Shown: one piece after another, positions 24,901-38,540 of the stretch
How positions within the stretch are numbered: the first letter of the stretch is position 1
Layout of the letters: each line of letters starts with the position of its first letter
Assembly: GCA_012026655.1 (NCBI GenBank)
Contig: JAAILG010001811.1
Location: forward strand, 1-61,438
Direction: 5' to 3'
DNA: 61,438 nucleotides
From: Hydrolagus affinis
Taxonomy: Eukaryota
Made by a program: the position numbers and the translations under genes
Notes under the pieces: generated by a model
The model's database searches: none
What the model saw: the letters and a program-made list of their open reading frames with translations, nothing else
What the model was told of the DNA's origin: nothing

Positions 24901-25951
24901 AAAAGGGACTCAGTAGTTTCACGAAAATTGGGGTTGCCCGTTCAAATGGCCTAACAAGATTGTGGGATTCAGGCAGTGATTTCCCATTTTAGCTGTCGCT
25001 CATGAGGGAGAGCAGGCTCAGTGTGTTGAGTGGCGGGTCTGAGCTGTCAGGCAGTTGTTGAGCACTGACGTGAACGTACTGTATATGCCCTTTAGGAACA
25101 ATACAAAGCAGATCTGAGTGAGGAAGATTCATTTCGAATTTGGCTGAAATTGGATCCCTCAGCACAGACCAGGATTGAAGCGTGCAACTTTCTGTTTGCC
25201 ATTGGGGGAGTGCATTTACATGTTTTTTTTTTTGCAGTTAATGAGTAGAACGACTCGACGATTAGTTAGCATACCAACTGCAAAGAGCAGTGGATTTTTA
25301 TTCCCTGAGTTGCTATCATCTGCAAGCAGATCTGAGCTGCGAGCACTTTGCTGCAAGTTCACAGTAAAACTTGCATTAGTCAGGACCATGACATTGATAT
25401 GACTTACGCAACGTCAAAGTTGCAGGCAAACTGTATAACTGTAACTGCACACCAGACCCACATTCTCCTCTCTAACCATCTTGTTGAGTTTAAAACTACG
25501 AAAAATAATGTTGGACAAAAAAAAAGCAAACGCTCAAAACAGAGGTAACTGCGGCCAATTCCTGCATCTTTGAATCTAAGTCTCCAGTTCCAGTTAACAG
25601 TATTGAATAGCCATGCAATCCTGTCCGTATGAATAGTTACACAAACGGTAATGTCTCAAAACTACCTTGACACGTAACAACAAATTGCTGTGTTTGGCAG
25701 ATCCTCATCGGAGACTGGGATTAGTCCTTGGTTGCTGCTGTCCTGTGCAGCTGGACAATTTATTGGGACACACTTGAATAAAAACATGTTTTCTTTGGTA
25801 GCTGCCAGTGGCATTGGCATATGCAGGAAGTAAATCTCACATGGATTGAGTTCCGAATGGTTCGGGTTGTTGTTGTTGTTGTTATTGTTGTTTACTGCAG
25901 TATTATCTAATGTGATAATAAAGCCCTCAATTGCCCAGCATTGTAGTAAAT

Positions 25952-26013
25952 AGTAATAATAATAATCCTTGCATTTGATATAGCGCTTTTCGCATCTTCT
26001 AAACGTCTCAAAG
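25952..26013 (-). mobile_element. SINE tail only
   Basis: (taa)n tccttgcatttgatatagcgcttttcgcatcttctaaacgtctcaaagc. Confidence 0.9.
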
Positions 26014-27276
26014 CAAAATATGATTCTTAACACGATGAATAATCAGATTTACCTGGTTTCACTCAGGCCTTGATGGATATAAATTGCAGATTCGTCCATC
26101 CAAGTTAGCAGTGAGAGGTCACAAACAGAATTCAATTATTTTCGATTTTTTCGATAGATAAGGATTTCAAGGTTGATGCCATTATCCCGAAGGGAGTCGA
26201 TATGCCTTGAGCATTTCTTAAAACTTTATTTAGTATGGGACTACATTTCTGATGTGTTCTTACCCAAGTCAGATACATTGTCAAATTGGTTACACGTTGA
26301 TCAGATTCCCTTGGGGACAAGGCAGATTCATGGCAAAATGTTCACACTGTTAAAAACTACATGTGGTACAATAGGTCTTGACACCAGATGTCCACAGTCT
26401 GTGGAGTGTGTATGTGTATAGCTTGCTAATTTTGAGGCAGAGTGCTACACTTCTGCTGATAAATGTGCAAAAATTAACGCAGCAAATTTCACTGCTTGTT
26501 TTATTATAGATCTATCAATCTTGGCCAATGGCTGGCTCTTTTCTTCCTTGCATGCTCTGCATTTTTAGCGACAGCAAACACTCCTATCTTCACACAAAGA
26601 TGAACGTTTTGCCTGATACTGGATTCTTTTGATTCAATCTGTATTTGTGCCGATAGTGTATTTGTGATTGTTCATTTTATAGTATTGTTTGTTGTTATTC
26701 AAGGCCTGTTGCAATCGCTCACATCATGATATTTAGGCTGATAAATCCTTTTAAAATTGAATTGATTATGCATTTGAAATCTGTATATAATTTGGTAGTG
26801 CTAAAAATATTCAATTACAATATTTGAATCCGATAAATCCAAGAAAAGATGTGTGATTTATAAATTCATACAAAATGGGAGGGTTAGTGTTGGTGGTGGG
26901 TGAGGTGGGGGAAGGATTACAATGTTTCTCAACAATGTGGATTAATTCTGTTAAGAAACATCACTTTTAAATGCCAATCAATTTTATGGGCAGAGTCATT
27001 GAGACAAATCATTTTATCTGGCGGATTGTTGGCTGGGAAACTGGGAGACACTCCCTTCTCTCTTTGAATAGTAAAAAGGGATCTATAATGTCCACCTGTA
27101 CAGGCAGACAAAGCTTTGCTTTGACACTGCTTCCCTTTTCTGCTTTCCTGATGCTCTCAGGATTGAGCACCAGTATGTACTGAACTCGTAATCCTTGGTT
27201 CATGGCTCCAATGGGAGCCTCAGTCAACTCTGTATGTTCAGAAGGAGGGAAATTGGCCAATACTACCTTCATTGCA

Positions 27277-27537
27277 GTTTGTGGGATATTGCTGTGCACA
27301 AATTGACCGCTGTGTTTCCGAAAATATAGTCACTACACATGTACAGTATACAGTTCTGCGATCCCAGTTAACAATCCGCCAGATACAATGATCCATTTCA
27401 ATGTTTCTTTGCAGGATATTGTTGGGCATAGATTGATTGCAGTGATTGCCTACAATTACAGTCACTACACTTTCCATGTGAAGCGCTTTGGGAGATCTCA
27501 ATGTGATAGGGCACTCTATCAAATGCAAGGATCATTA
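27277..27537 (+). mobile_element. Two adjacent SINE 3' fragments
   Basis: tttgtgggatattgctgtgcacaaattgac at 27278. A second copy from ~27407 ends tatcaaatgcaaggatcattat. Confidence 0.75.
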
Positions 27538-28254
27538 TAGCAAGCAAACATTGTGGGATTCCGCCACAGGCTTTCAGCCTCCTCTGTTTGATATTGCATT
27601 AACTGGTAACCTGCCAGCCAGAAAAAAGGCTTTACATCAGCCACTTTAAACTATTGTGCACAGCTATGAAATTCAATTTTAAATGTAACTACAAGCATCA
27701 TGTATAATCAGGAAATATACTGCCTTTCACAAATAGATATAAAATGCAAATCTCAATAATTTTGAATGGGTAGCAGTGGAAAAACTACACATTTTTTTAA
27801 CCACACAAAGTAAAATGATTGTATGCCACTGCTGAACATGCACAAGGGAAGCAAATAACACACAATGCTGTCGCAAAAAAAACACAACTTCATACATTTA
27901 ATAGGTGTACTTCATACCAAACCAATTTTCCAGCTTTATGGATCTACAGAGCGACTTATTTTATGTTCATGTACCTCAAAAGTAATACGGACACTGTATG
28001 TAAATTGTGTATGTCGGTTATGAATCGACGTGTCACTTTTCGGAGCATTACTCTTTAGCTATACTGTATTGGTTTTCTCAGGTTGTATTGATATTGATTA
28101 CTTCCCCCAGTTTTTCCACAGTTCTCGGTGTTCACAATCTGGTAGTACATGGTGTCTGAAATATGAAAATATATGCCAATCGTTACATGTGATGCAACAG
28201 TTTTCACAGGCCAAGGAAATCGTAAAATTGTTTCTCAGAATTTTGTTGTGTAGT

Positions 28255-28330
28255 GTGGTGCTGGACGTCCTCCTAAAGTGAACGACGCTATACAAATGTA
28301 TTTTGTTGTTATTGTGGTGGTAGTGGTGGT
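28255..28330 (+). mobile_element. L2 3' tail
   Basis: ggacgtcctcctaaagtgaacgacgctatacaaatgtattttgttgtt. Confidence 0.75.
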
Positions 28331-28417
28331 GACTGTGTATTTCGTAGGTGAATGGCTTTTGTGTAACTTATATTGCTCAGTATTTAAGATCACGAATGCA
28401 CCTGATGTATACATGTG

Positions 28418-28785
28418 GGCAGAAGGCTCAGCCTCTGATTGCACAGGGATGTGAAGCACCCTGGTGTTTGCTGAGCATTGGGGAAGTCCCTAGGTAGGGT
28501 GAGTGAGGTGGGGTCATGGAAGCATTTGAAAGTCAGGTCAGGAACCTTGAAGTTGATCTTCTGTGGAAATGGGAACCCAGTGGAGCTGATTAAGAATGGG
28601 AGGTGATGGGCTTGTGAAGTCTGGTGCGGAAGAAGACATGGGCGGCAAAGTTGTGGATGGTCTTGTGATAGGAAGAGATGGGGAATCGGATGAGAAAAAC
28701 ATTTGAATAGAGCAATATCGGACTCTCCCCCAAAAATGAAAGGCAGAAAGGATGAAAGCTCGGTCATCGGTGGTGTCCGTGACAT
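28418..28785 (-). mobile_element. L2 ORF2 C-terminal fragment
   Basis: Minus translations PPILNQLHWVPI and KINFKVPDLTFKCFH match the L2 motif LHWLPI..RI.FKIL.LTFKALH. Confidence 0.8.
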
Positions 28786-29561
28786 GAAACTGACTGGGGT
28801 AAAGTAAACACACATTTTCTATTTAGTTCGAATCCTCATTTCATTTTGTTGAAGTGCAACTCATGTCAGTCACCCTGACAGCACGTACACGGAAATCAAT
28901 GGCCCAGATCATTGCACGCCTACAGATAAATGAGAAAGTTTGCTGTCAGGACGCAGAAGTGATTGATTTTTTAAAACTTTTGAATTAAAAATGTGTAGCG
29001 ACATCACATTATGAAAAACAGCTCCTTAATTTGACAGCATCCATTCTGGGCTTCTGGTGATCTTACAGATTTTGGTGAAGAGAATAATGCAAGGTGGGGT
29101 GGCAGAGACACAAGGAAAAATTCAAAGAAAATCAGGAAACATCAGGGGGTGGGGTGAGGGGGTGGAAAGAAGCATGACCAACAGAGAATGCTCCAATTTT
29201 GTTCTACGGAATTGAACTAAGCATGTGACGATTCCCGCAGAACAGAATAAGACCTAACCATTATCCTCATCAAAAATGCTGGAATAGTCAGCGATCTTAG
29301 GATGCAAAACTAAAGCACATTGAACCATCGCGCCACATGGGATCCATTTTCCAAATGCTGGGTAATTTGTACACCAATGTAACCACCAGTGTAAGTAAAA
29401 ACAATTGCGGAAAAAAAGCAAAGATCAGGTTGCTTTTACATCCAGCGTGCAGAAAGACTTTAATTGAATCGTGTGGATATGTCAACACTAATGAGCTGAT
29501 ATACACAGCCTGATCTAAGATGGTCTGCGGGAGAAGGAAGCCCAATTTGTAGCAAGGAACA

Positions 29562-29562
<1 letters not shown>

Positions 29563-29617
<55 letters not shown>
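29563..29617. repeat. (TG)27 microsatellite
   Basis: Uninterrupted tg run. Confidence 0.99.
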
Positions 29618-29623
<6 letters not shown>

Positions 29624-29685
29624 ATTCTGCAACAAAGCAGATGATAGAAGATGTTTCACTGACCAAATGGACGAAACAGTCCAAG

Positions 29686-29800
29686 AATCATAGAAATTTC
29701 CAGCACAGAAGGAGCTATTCAGCTCCAAGCTGTCTATTCAATCCTACTCTCCCACCCTAACCCACAACCCCTTCAAGCTTTTATCTTTAATTTTACCTGT
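29686..29800 (-). mobile_element. Old CR1 3' end, possibly continuing at 30150-30290
   Basis: aatcatagaaatttccagcacagaaggagctattcagc resembles a reverse CR1 tail. Confidence 0.55.
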
Positions 29801-30004
29801 CAATTAATCATATCTCAATCATCACTTTTGATTGGCAGATTGAATATAAAACAAATTGTGCATTTTGAAGTAATATAATAGTTCTCGCCATTTTCTTGTC
29901 AAATTAAGTTTCAATGATAAGTGAAGAGGTCAACCATCAACTAACCCATGCTTCTTCTTATTTTGCTTAGAATTAAACTCATCAGGGTTCAGTAATAGAT
30001 TATA

Positions 30005-30148
30005 TTCTATCAGAGTGTCAAATATGGGGAGAAAGCGGGAAATTGGAATTGAAAGGATTAGTTGAGGTACAGGGCAGCCATGATCTAACTAAATGACGGA
30101 GCAGGCTCGAAAGGCTGAATTGCCTACTCCTCTTCCTATGTTCCTATG
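30005..30148 (+). mobile_element. CR1 LINE 3' end
   Basis: cagccatgatcta...ggagcaggctcgaaaggctgaattgcctactcctcttcctatgttcctatg is a typical chondrichthyan CR1 tail with an 8-nt terminal repeat. Confidence 0.85.
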
Positions 30149-31614
30149 ATTTAAATGCAAGACCCACTTGTAAGAGATCTCTGACAAAGAAAACAATCAT
30201 TCACTCTCTAACCTGCCAATTCCTTTCATTATTTCAATCAATTTGCCACTTAATCTACACTGTTCTAAAATACATACCCCAGCCTCTACCAAAATAGAAC
30301 ATATAAAAAGAAATAATCATCTAAAAGGATTCAGATTAAGCAAACAGTGCAGTTGAGTGATGTATGTTTGTGACAGATGGTGGCAACATGAATTTAAAAT
30401 AGATCTTTTATTTTTCAAGAGCAAGCCCTGGCTGGTAAAAGTATGCGTGAATTTCAATCCAGCAACACAAACCATTTGTAAGGATCAGCAAACCAAAAGG
30501 TCTGCATTCACAACTCTTGGGAGGAGATAAAGAAAAGCCCTAGAAGGTATCCACAGCTACAAAATCATATTTGAGATAGGAATTTACATTATTTTCGGTA
30601 CTGATTCAAGCGCTGGCTATTAATTAATTGGTGACTTGCATTTTGAAATGAATCATATGATTTATTGTGTGCAAGTCTTTGTTTCTTAAGACCCTGCAAA
30701 AAAAGGTCCCATAAGGAGGTCCTTCCTTACCTACACTTACTAACAATCAGTAAAAAAATATGGATAAATACTGGTTCAACAGAATGATGAGGTCAAAATT
30801 AATTGCTGTGATGACACGTATCAGAATGTGTCTAAGAATTCACTAATATGATTATGAATAATGTCCACGAATTTATAACTGATAAGCAGTAATTGCACAG
30901 TAATTATTCAGAACTGTTACCCTGATGAAAGCCAAGCCCTTTTCTTATAAGTATCCAACATCCATTAACTCTTTCTATTCATATACTAGTACAATGTATA
31001 CATCTTGTGCAAGATTTGCCTGAAGCATTCGCCCACAAATTCAGTCGTCACACTTTACAATACAGTACTCTATATCCTGGGAAGTACTTTTAACATGTTC
31101 TACTTTAATAAAGAGAAAGCTATGAATATTCTATCCAGTATTCAATTCATCGAGAGATTAAACAAATTGTTTAGTAGAATTCCTGGTTTGGGGTAGACGG
31201 GAAAATAGATGAGAATTCCATAGGGAATTCCTCATTTAGAGATCTAGTTCAGAAATACAGAAAACCCTATAATCCAATGGATGTTAATATGGCCAGTTTT
31301 GAACACTTCAGGTCATGTATAGCAGTTGTTAGATTCATGCAGAGTAAAATTTTGTTAGCTCTTGCTCAAATTTGCCTTCACTTCAAACATGGAAGAGCCA
31401 ATATTTCATTTTCTAGTTTATCTTAATATTGTCAATTTTATGCCAAAATATGGGTAGTTTAAGCTGCTGGTGCACACACATGCTAGAACTAGAGACTTGG
31501 TTGCTACTGCCCCCAATTAATTTCTTATATGATTCACAGTCGCTGAGTGAGCTTGGCTATACTCAAACTCAGGCCCAGAGGTGAAAGGACATTGCTTCAC
31601 ATAATGAGTTACTT

Positions 31615-31915
31615 TGAAAGCGTAATGACTGTAGGCAAATGCAGCATCAACTAATCCATGCCAATACACTACCATAAATAGCGAAGAGAATACTGACCAA
31701 ATTTAATCCCTATATTTGCTCAATTTGGGCAAGAGAATAACATTGTCCAGGACACCTGGAGAAATCCTTGCTCTGTGCCTTACAATCTTTAACATTCATT
31801 CGAAGCAATAGAATAGGCAGATGAGACCTCAGTTTAACATCTTATCCAAAAGAGGACAACTCCAGCAATGCATTGCTCCCTCAGTAGTTTGCGCTGGAGT
31901 GCTAGCCTAGATTCT
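31615..31915 (-). mobile_element. DeuSINE/SacSINE1-like, decayed
   Basis: gacctcagtttaacatcttatccaaaag...gctccctcagta is the reverse Deu core. Confidence 0.7.
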
Positions 31916-34900
31916 GAACTGCAGAGAGAAATGTTCATTAATACTGTCATGTGAGCAATTTATTAAAAACTAAATATACACCGATTTCAGGCAGTAACTA
32001 AAACAAATGAATGTGCCAAATCCATGTTACATTCAGTGTGGGAAATTGCACTTGCATAGCCTACAGAAGGAGGAGATACAAGCTGCAGAGTCCAGTTTGG
32101 TGTGGAGTTTGTGGAGGGCGGAGCTGGGAAGAGCAGTGAGCAAGGCATGGGAAAAATTGCATGGAGGTAACAAAAGTGTAGACAAGGGTTTTATCTGTAC
32201 TTTGCTCCCTTTGTTTCATCGTGGATGAAACTTCCAAACTTAGTATATTCATTCATCTACATGCTGCATCCAGGCCATTTATCCCTCATCTAAAAAGCCT
32301 TCTTACCTCCAATAGGAGCAAACCCTCTGGGAGGCTACCTTGCCTGACGTGTGCTAAATAAATGTATTTACCCTGGTTATTATTTAGTTCATATTTTCTT
32401 TGATTTTTTTTGTGTACTTGGTCTTCTCTTCCTTTCCTGTGTATTTTCTTTCCATGTTCAACTCACGTGTTGTACTACCTCTCTGGGGAAGCACTTCTGG
32501 AACACTCTGTAAAATGGAGAATCCATTGTGCAAAAAAAAAGAGCTGACTAATACACTGTACACCATTCGATCACTGTATACTGCAGATAGCTTTCTTTAA
32601 TTATAATGTGCATTGTTTGTTGCATAGGATAAATCACTCATTAAACTGATTTAATATTAATTCATAGGATTTATGTAGTGCTGTATGATATTAATCACAG
32701 AGGGGAAAAAAAAGCAAGTCTATTTGTTTTACAATTCCCAGCAACGTTTCAGTTAGCCTCTCTTTGAGGTGTTGCTTTTAAGTCTGGCATTTGAAAATTT
32801 CAAATACAGAGGCTCTTGAAATAGCCACAAAGTTCTGCCAGATGTGTTGAAGCTGTGTCCCTCAAGGAGATGAAGCTTGGTGCGAACTCTTGTCAGTCAC
32901 CTGCCGCCCCCAATATTGACAATATTTCTCACCTTCAAGCCTTCACATGTTCTATTCAAAGAAGGAACCCAGACTATACAGTGCCAATGACTACCCCGAT
33001 TAAATTGCAATTTGTCTGACATTAAATGTATTCAAAGTCAATGAAATGTACCCGCACTTTGTTTTTCATTAGTTGCCTGTTTTTCTGTTTACTATTAATC
33101 TGCACACTTTTCTCAACTCAGACTCCATAGGAATGAATGAAGTAGGAAACCTGTCACTCTTTGATGAAATTACTTGGGAAAACAAATGTGGGCTGTTTGC
33201 CCTGCATAATTTTGAATGATATTCCTCACTGCAATACAACAGTAGAGGAGCAGTAGAGGGTCATACATGGATGTTTTCGTAGTAGTGCAGGGACTAAAGG
33301 GAACATTTCCGATGGCTAAGGGGGTTAAATGCACAGACATTTGGACCGAAATCTAGTCTTAGCCTATCAGAGCATTTTGTCTTAACATTTTAAGATCATG
33401 GAGAATATCGTATATTCATTAGTTCACCTAAATTTGGAAGTCAGTTGTCTGATTCTTAAAAAAGAATTTATTATTAACTTTGGAATTTACTCAGAGTATT
33501 ACAGCAACAGAATGTTTTTGTATTTGAATCAATATCCCTGAGAAGTTTTAAGTGTAGTTACACTTTCTCTACTTGTTACATAACCATATCAGTCTACTTG
33601 CTTTAGACTATTACTGTATGAATACTTCCAGATTCTGGTAGATTACACTGTAGCACAGCGACCATTGGTCAGCATTAACAATAAGCAAACCACAGAGAAC
33701 GGAACATAAAGTAACTGCAGCAATGGAGCGAAGCATGGGTTAGAACACAATTACAGCTTTAAAATAATGTTCAATGACAGAATTCAGTGATTTGTGAAGC
33801 TCGTCAAGTTTCTAAGGTTATGTCAAAAACAGTCGTCAGAAGCTGGAGTTCCATACTGGTGGTGCACAATCAAATTTATTTATCAATCACTAAGCACAAA
33901 GTTAATATCCTATTGCAGCCAAAAAGCAATAGCTTTTTTTTTATTGGTGAACGAGGGTAGGCCTGCTCACCCCCATAACCCAATGGTTTCAAAACTGTGG
34001 AACGCACCTCCCTTGGGGGCCCCACTTCTAGTTCCCAATAGGATTTCAATAATTTCAGATTGCAATTGGGAAGTGTAACTTTTTTCTCCTACTGGAAGAC
34101 ACTATTTCATTAGAAGGTCCATATGGTTTGCAAACTGTAAAACTAAATACACTTGTGTGTGAGGAACTGACCCAGGTCTGTTTCCACTATGATTTAAAAA
34201 CTGGATGAGAAGGTAAACAAAAGTATTTTGCAATACAGTATGCAGAAGTAATCTGCACTACTGTTTCCATTCAATATCCCACCCAATTATAATGAAAATC
34301 AACAAGTAGAACAGAGTTTGAGACCACTCCACAAGCTTTAGATTGCTTTTATCAAACCAACCATCACAGAATGATTTAGGATTAGCACAGTGACAGCATC
34401 AGCATGAATAGCCCATGAGTTAAAACAAAGCCTTTCTGTAACCTCCAAACTGGCTCACAGACCATATCCAACCTCCCATTTGGCGCAGCCACAGTTGGAT
34501 TCAGAATGCAGCAGCACAATCTATAAACTATTAGGGAGCAGAATGCATTTCCAGCAGCCCATGACAGATAAAACCACAGGAATATGATTTTTATGAATAC
34601 ATTCCATACAGTTAGTAAGCATTCAGTGCTGAATAACAGTTCAAGGAAATCACGTTTGGGACACTGTTCTGTTCCTTTTTCGCAGTTCAGAATCTTTGTG
34701 ACTCGGTGGATACTTTCTGGAGCTTCTGCTTTACAAATTTGGAGTTTGTTATTTTTTTAGAAAAACACTGACGAGCTGGGTCATGCCGGCCAATTTAAGA
34801 CACTAGCGCCAATTGACTCCTTACCCTTTTGAGATGCAGATTTGAATCCAGCACTGGGCACAGAGAACAAATCTCCTCTGTGTAAAAAGTCACAAGTGAA

Positions 34901-35181
34901 TTGGGTTCTGAAAGAACCGATCAATCGAACAGAACGTGTTCAAATAATTCAGTGGTTTCATGTTTCATGAACCTAAAATTATGAATATGGACAATTTCCT
35001 TGTCATGTTGGTGAAAATATGGGGAAAGAAGGGGTGGAAGGAAATGTCAAGCAGTGTTGTGTACCAGATAGAGAAATGTCGTTGATTGATGTGAAGTCCA
35101 TCATTAATTGATTCTTTAGCAACCTCGCTGGTCACCTGAATCAATAGAAGAAAAACAAAAGCATGAAATAAGAACATGCAA

Positions 35182-35605
35182 GCTTGGCTCAATCAGCAGC
35201 ACTCTCACCTGTGGGTCAAACAATTGTGGATTCGAGCCTCATTCAGGACTTGAGCTCAAAGTCACAGCGGGCACTACTGATACTGTAATAATAATCGTTG
35301 CATTTGATATAGAGCTTTTAATGTCTTCTAGACTTCTCAAAGCACTTCATTGAATATGCTTTAAAGTAAATTGACTGTATATTTGTGGGCAGCCAAATGT
35401 GAGCCAATTGTGTTCCACAACCAGTCATGGATTGAAATGACCAATATATTTTTGTATTTTTTGAGGGATTATCATTAGGCATTTGGAGTAAGAAAATTTG
35501 CCCATGCCTGGACTTGAACCTAAGTCTCTTGCTTTCAAGGTGAGTGCTCTAGCAACTGAGCTACAGGACTCCACATTCATTGTCAGAGATGCCATTGTTT
35601 GGGTG
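35182..35605 (+). mobile_element. DeuSINE 5' part interrupted by a younger SINE
   Basis: Head ttggctcaatcagcagcactctcacc...ggattcgagcc...gacttgagc spans 35182-35285 and resumes after 35573 as cattgtcagagatgccattgtttggg. Confidence 0.65.
35286..35572 (-). mobile_element. Full-length tRNA-derived SINE
   Basis: Minus strand ggagtcctgtagctcagttgctagagcac...ggttcaagtcc, with complete body and (tta)n tail. Confidence 0.9.
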
Positions 35606-37082
35606 CCGACTGTTAGGAAACAATGGGCTTTTACTGTTTCTGGGATACATCAATGGCGATTGAGGTGGAGTTGTTCATGATTGAGTCTATGAACTATGGG
35701 GATAATACTAAAATAGTAACTTACACTGAATACACATTTGGTATAACACCTTTTATGCCGGAAGAACATCTCAAACTGCCTCACAGACACTACTGGGAGG
35801 TTTAATGACTGTGTTTTGTGTATAAATGAGTTGGAATCCATAGGAGAATAGTTTTTGCTTGACGACCTTTTGTAACCAGAACATTTCTTCATGAGGTAAG
35901 GTGGAAAGACTGGAGTAGATGGTTGGATAAATGGGACAACTGGACTCAATTGGCTGAATTAACTTTTTTCTGTGCTTTTTAAAAAATATTCTTGGATAAA
36001 TTTGGATATATAAAAAGTACCTTTACAAGAAAAGTGCCAAGTAGTTTTAATTCTGAAGAAGGTTGTTGCATTATTCCACAAGAACCATAAGTTATTAGCA
36101 TGTATTCCATCCATTGGCTTTTCAGCAGAATCTGTCTGCATCAATACCATCTGATAAACTACAAAGCTTAAATTGCAATCTCTGTGGATCCATGAATTTG
36201 AGCTCCAATTTGCATTCAAAAGGGCTGTCAGTGAGCAGTTCTGTGTGTCTAATCACCACCAAAAATGACAATTTAGCAGGTACAAGGAGAAGAGGAGAAA
36301 TTAACAGTATGGCAACATGGTAGTTTTGGACTCACAGGACATTACAAAGCCACAGAGCTCCAATTCCACTAGTGTTCTTAAATGTATAAGTCAGCAAAAT
36401 TTTAATCATCTGCTTCTATACTTTTGCAAATTCTGTACAAAGTCCTGTTCAGTGGAGCCATATGAGGAACTTATCTGAAGTTTACATAAAGAAAAATTGG
36501 TTCCATGAAAATCACTTTGTGTTTATTTCTTTCACCAATATTGTAAACTCAGATTGAAGCAAAAAAGATTATGCAGATTAATGTATTCTCCAGAAATAAA
36601 CTGCCATACTTAATAGTGAGCTGAGAAAATTAGTTAGCATTCAAAGTGATCAGAGAAATTACACTGCCCTTTGGGGAAGCTTCAGAAGTATTTTATCTAG
36701 TGCAGAGTTGAGGCAGCTCTGTAGCTACAGTTGCAAATGAGAATTTCTTTGTAAATTTAAAGTGCCGTGGAGCTTCCCCGCTGTGAACTGCATTATAAAT
36801 AGGACAGCTTAAAGTTGACCAAGCTGAGACTGATCAGTTTTAGACGAGACTGCTGCACATATTACCATAACAACAGAGCTGTATCATATTGCTTGAGATT
36901 GATGGACATGACCAGCTACTGTGGCTATCATGGATTTGTTTTGCACAACTTCAATACACAAGGTTTTTTTTGGTCATGTATTTTAAAGGCATGCTTCTAC
37001 AGACCGACACAAAACATTTGTTGAATAGAAAGTTTCCCAGGTAATTGTGCTTTTCGGGTCGGCAGTGGTTTTCAGTTACAGT

Positions 37083-37397
37083 GGAGCTCCTGTAGTTCAG
37101 TGGTTAGAGCACTTGCCTTGCAAGCATGAGACCTGTGTTCAAATCCAGTAAGATCAGGGCGAAACCTTGGGAAAGTTTCCTTACTCCACACGCCTAATAA
37201 TAATCCTTCCAAAAAAAAACACGATAATAAAATTGATCGTTTCATTCCATGACTGTTTGTGGGACACTGCTGTGCGCAATTGGCTGCCGCGTTTCCCCCA
37301 CAAATATAAAGTCAATTCACTTTACAATATATTCTGTGAAGCACTTTGAGACGTCGACAAGATGTAAAAAGGCTAGCTCAAATGCAAGCATTATTAT
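37083..37397 (+). mobile_element. Full-length tRNA-derived SINE
   Basis: A-box tagttcagtggttagagc and B-box gttcaaatcc. Body and tail are collinear with the other copies. Confidence 0.95.
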
Positions 37398-38540
37398 TTT
37401 CTAAGTAAAGCTGATGCTGAAGATGTGAGGAACAAAATATTTTTAAATTCTAGTTTATTTTTGCAGTGCAAAACACATAGAATAGATGTCCACCCACAAG
37501 CAAATGAAAGATAATGAAAAACGGAGGCAAAACCTGAACAGGTTCTTTGTTGAGTGGGGGGGATTTCATGCTTGAGGCAGGTGCAAAGTTGTGATTGAAT
37601 GCCTGCTACAAACTAATTGTCAAAGATGTCTTGAACTGAAACAGAATTAAAAATACTGGATTGCAAATCTTTCGAAAATGAGTTACCAAATCCTGACTGT
37701 AATATTGTAAGATTTACTTTTAAGGTAATTTTGAAGGTAATTCAAGTAGTAAGTTTAATTACTGTACATGATAGCTTAGCTCAATTGTATTAAACTGGAT
37801 TGATTTACTCATTGTAATTTTAATTATTTTCCATTCTTAAGAGGATTATGAAGTATACATTACACTATTGAGAATTTACATGAGATTGATTGCTGTGTAC
37901 TGAAAAAGCCACAGATCGTCTTTGTGTCTTTGTCTTTGCCTTCCAAACAATTTTTTGTTAGAATTGAAACTGAGAATGGAGATATTAATAATAGTTGTGT
38001 TTGATACAGTGCCTTATCCCATCTTCAAGATGTTTCAAACAGTTTCACAGAAGTTACAACACTTCATCAACAGCACCCAATGTGGAACAATATAGTGCAT
38101 AAGAAGGGAATCTATTGGCATACGTGAAGGAGAACCCATTAAGCTGTTGCTTTTTTGAGCTTGATTACTACTAATAATAAAAACACTTAATAAGGACAAT
38201 AAGATCCATTTTCTATAATACGCAAGCTTAATACCCTGGTAAACCTGTCTCGGTGACTTTACTTTGTGGTCAGATCAGACTGTTTTCCAGAAACAGGAAC
38301 CAAAGTTTTCTGTTCGATTACAGAAGATAACAAGTTTTTACCCCAGGGATATATCAGAGGAAGGTCATCATCATCACTCCGATTAGAACAGATACGAAAA
38401 GGAGTCTCATTTGAAAAATAACTCTGAACATCAGTGAAAATCAACATTACAATCACCAAATAATCTGAGATTTGATTGTGTAAATAAATTTAATTACCAC
38501 TTTGTTCCAAACAGTGAGATTTAAATTTGATTTGTCATGT

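Noticed and set aside
29297-29728. His-Thr repeat protein
   Set aside because: This is a translation of the (TG)27 microsatellite.
37083-37155. tRNA genes at SINE heads (also 38541, 49584, 5654, 35572)
   Set aside because: The A/B boxes run directly into a shared SINE body and there is no complete acceptor stem.
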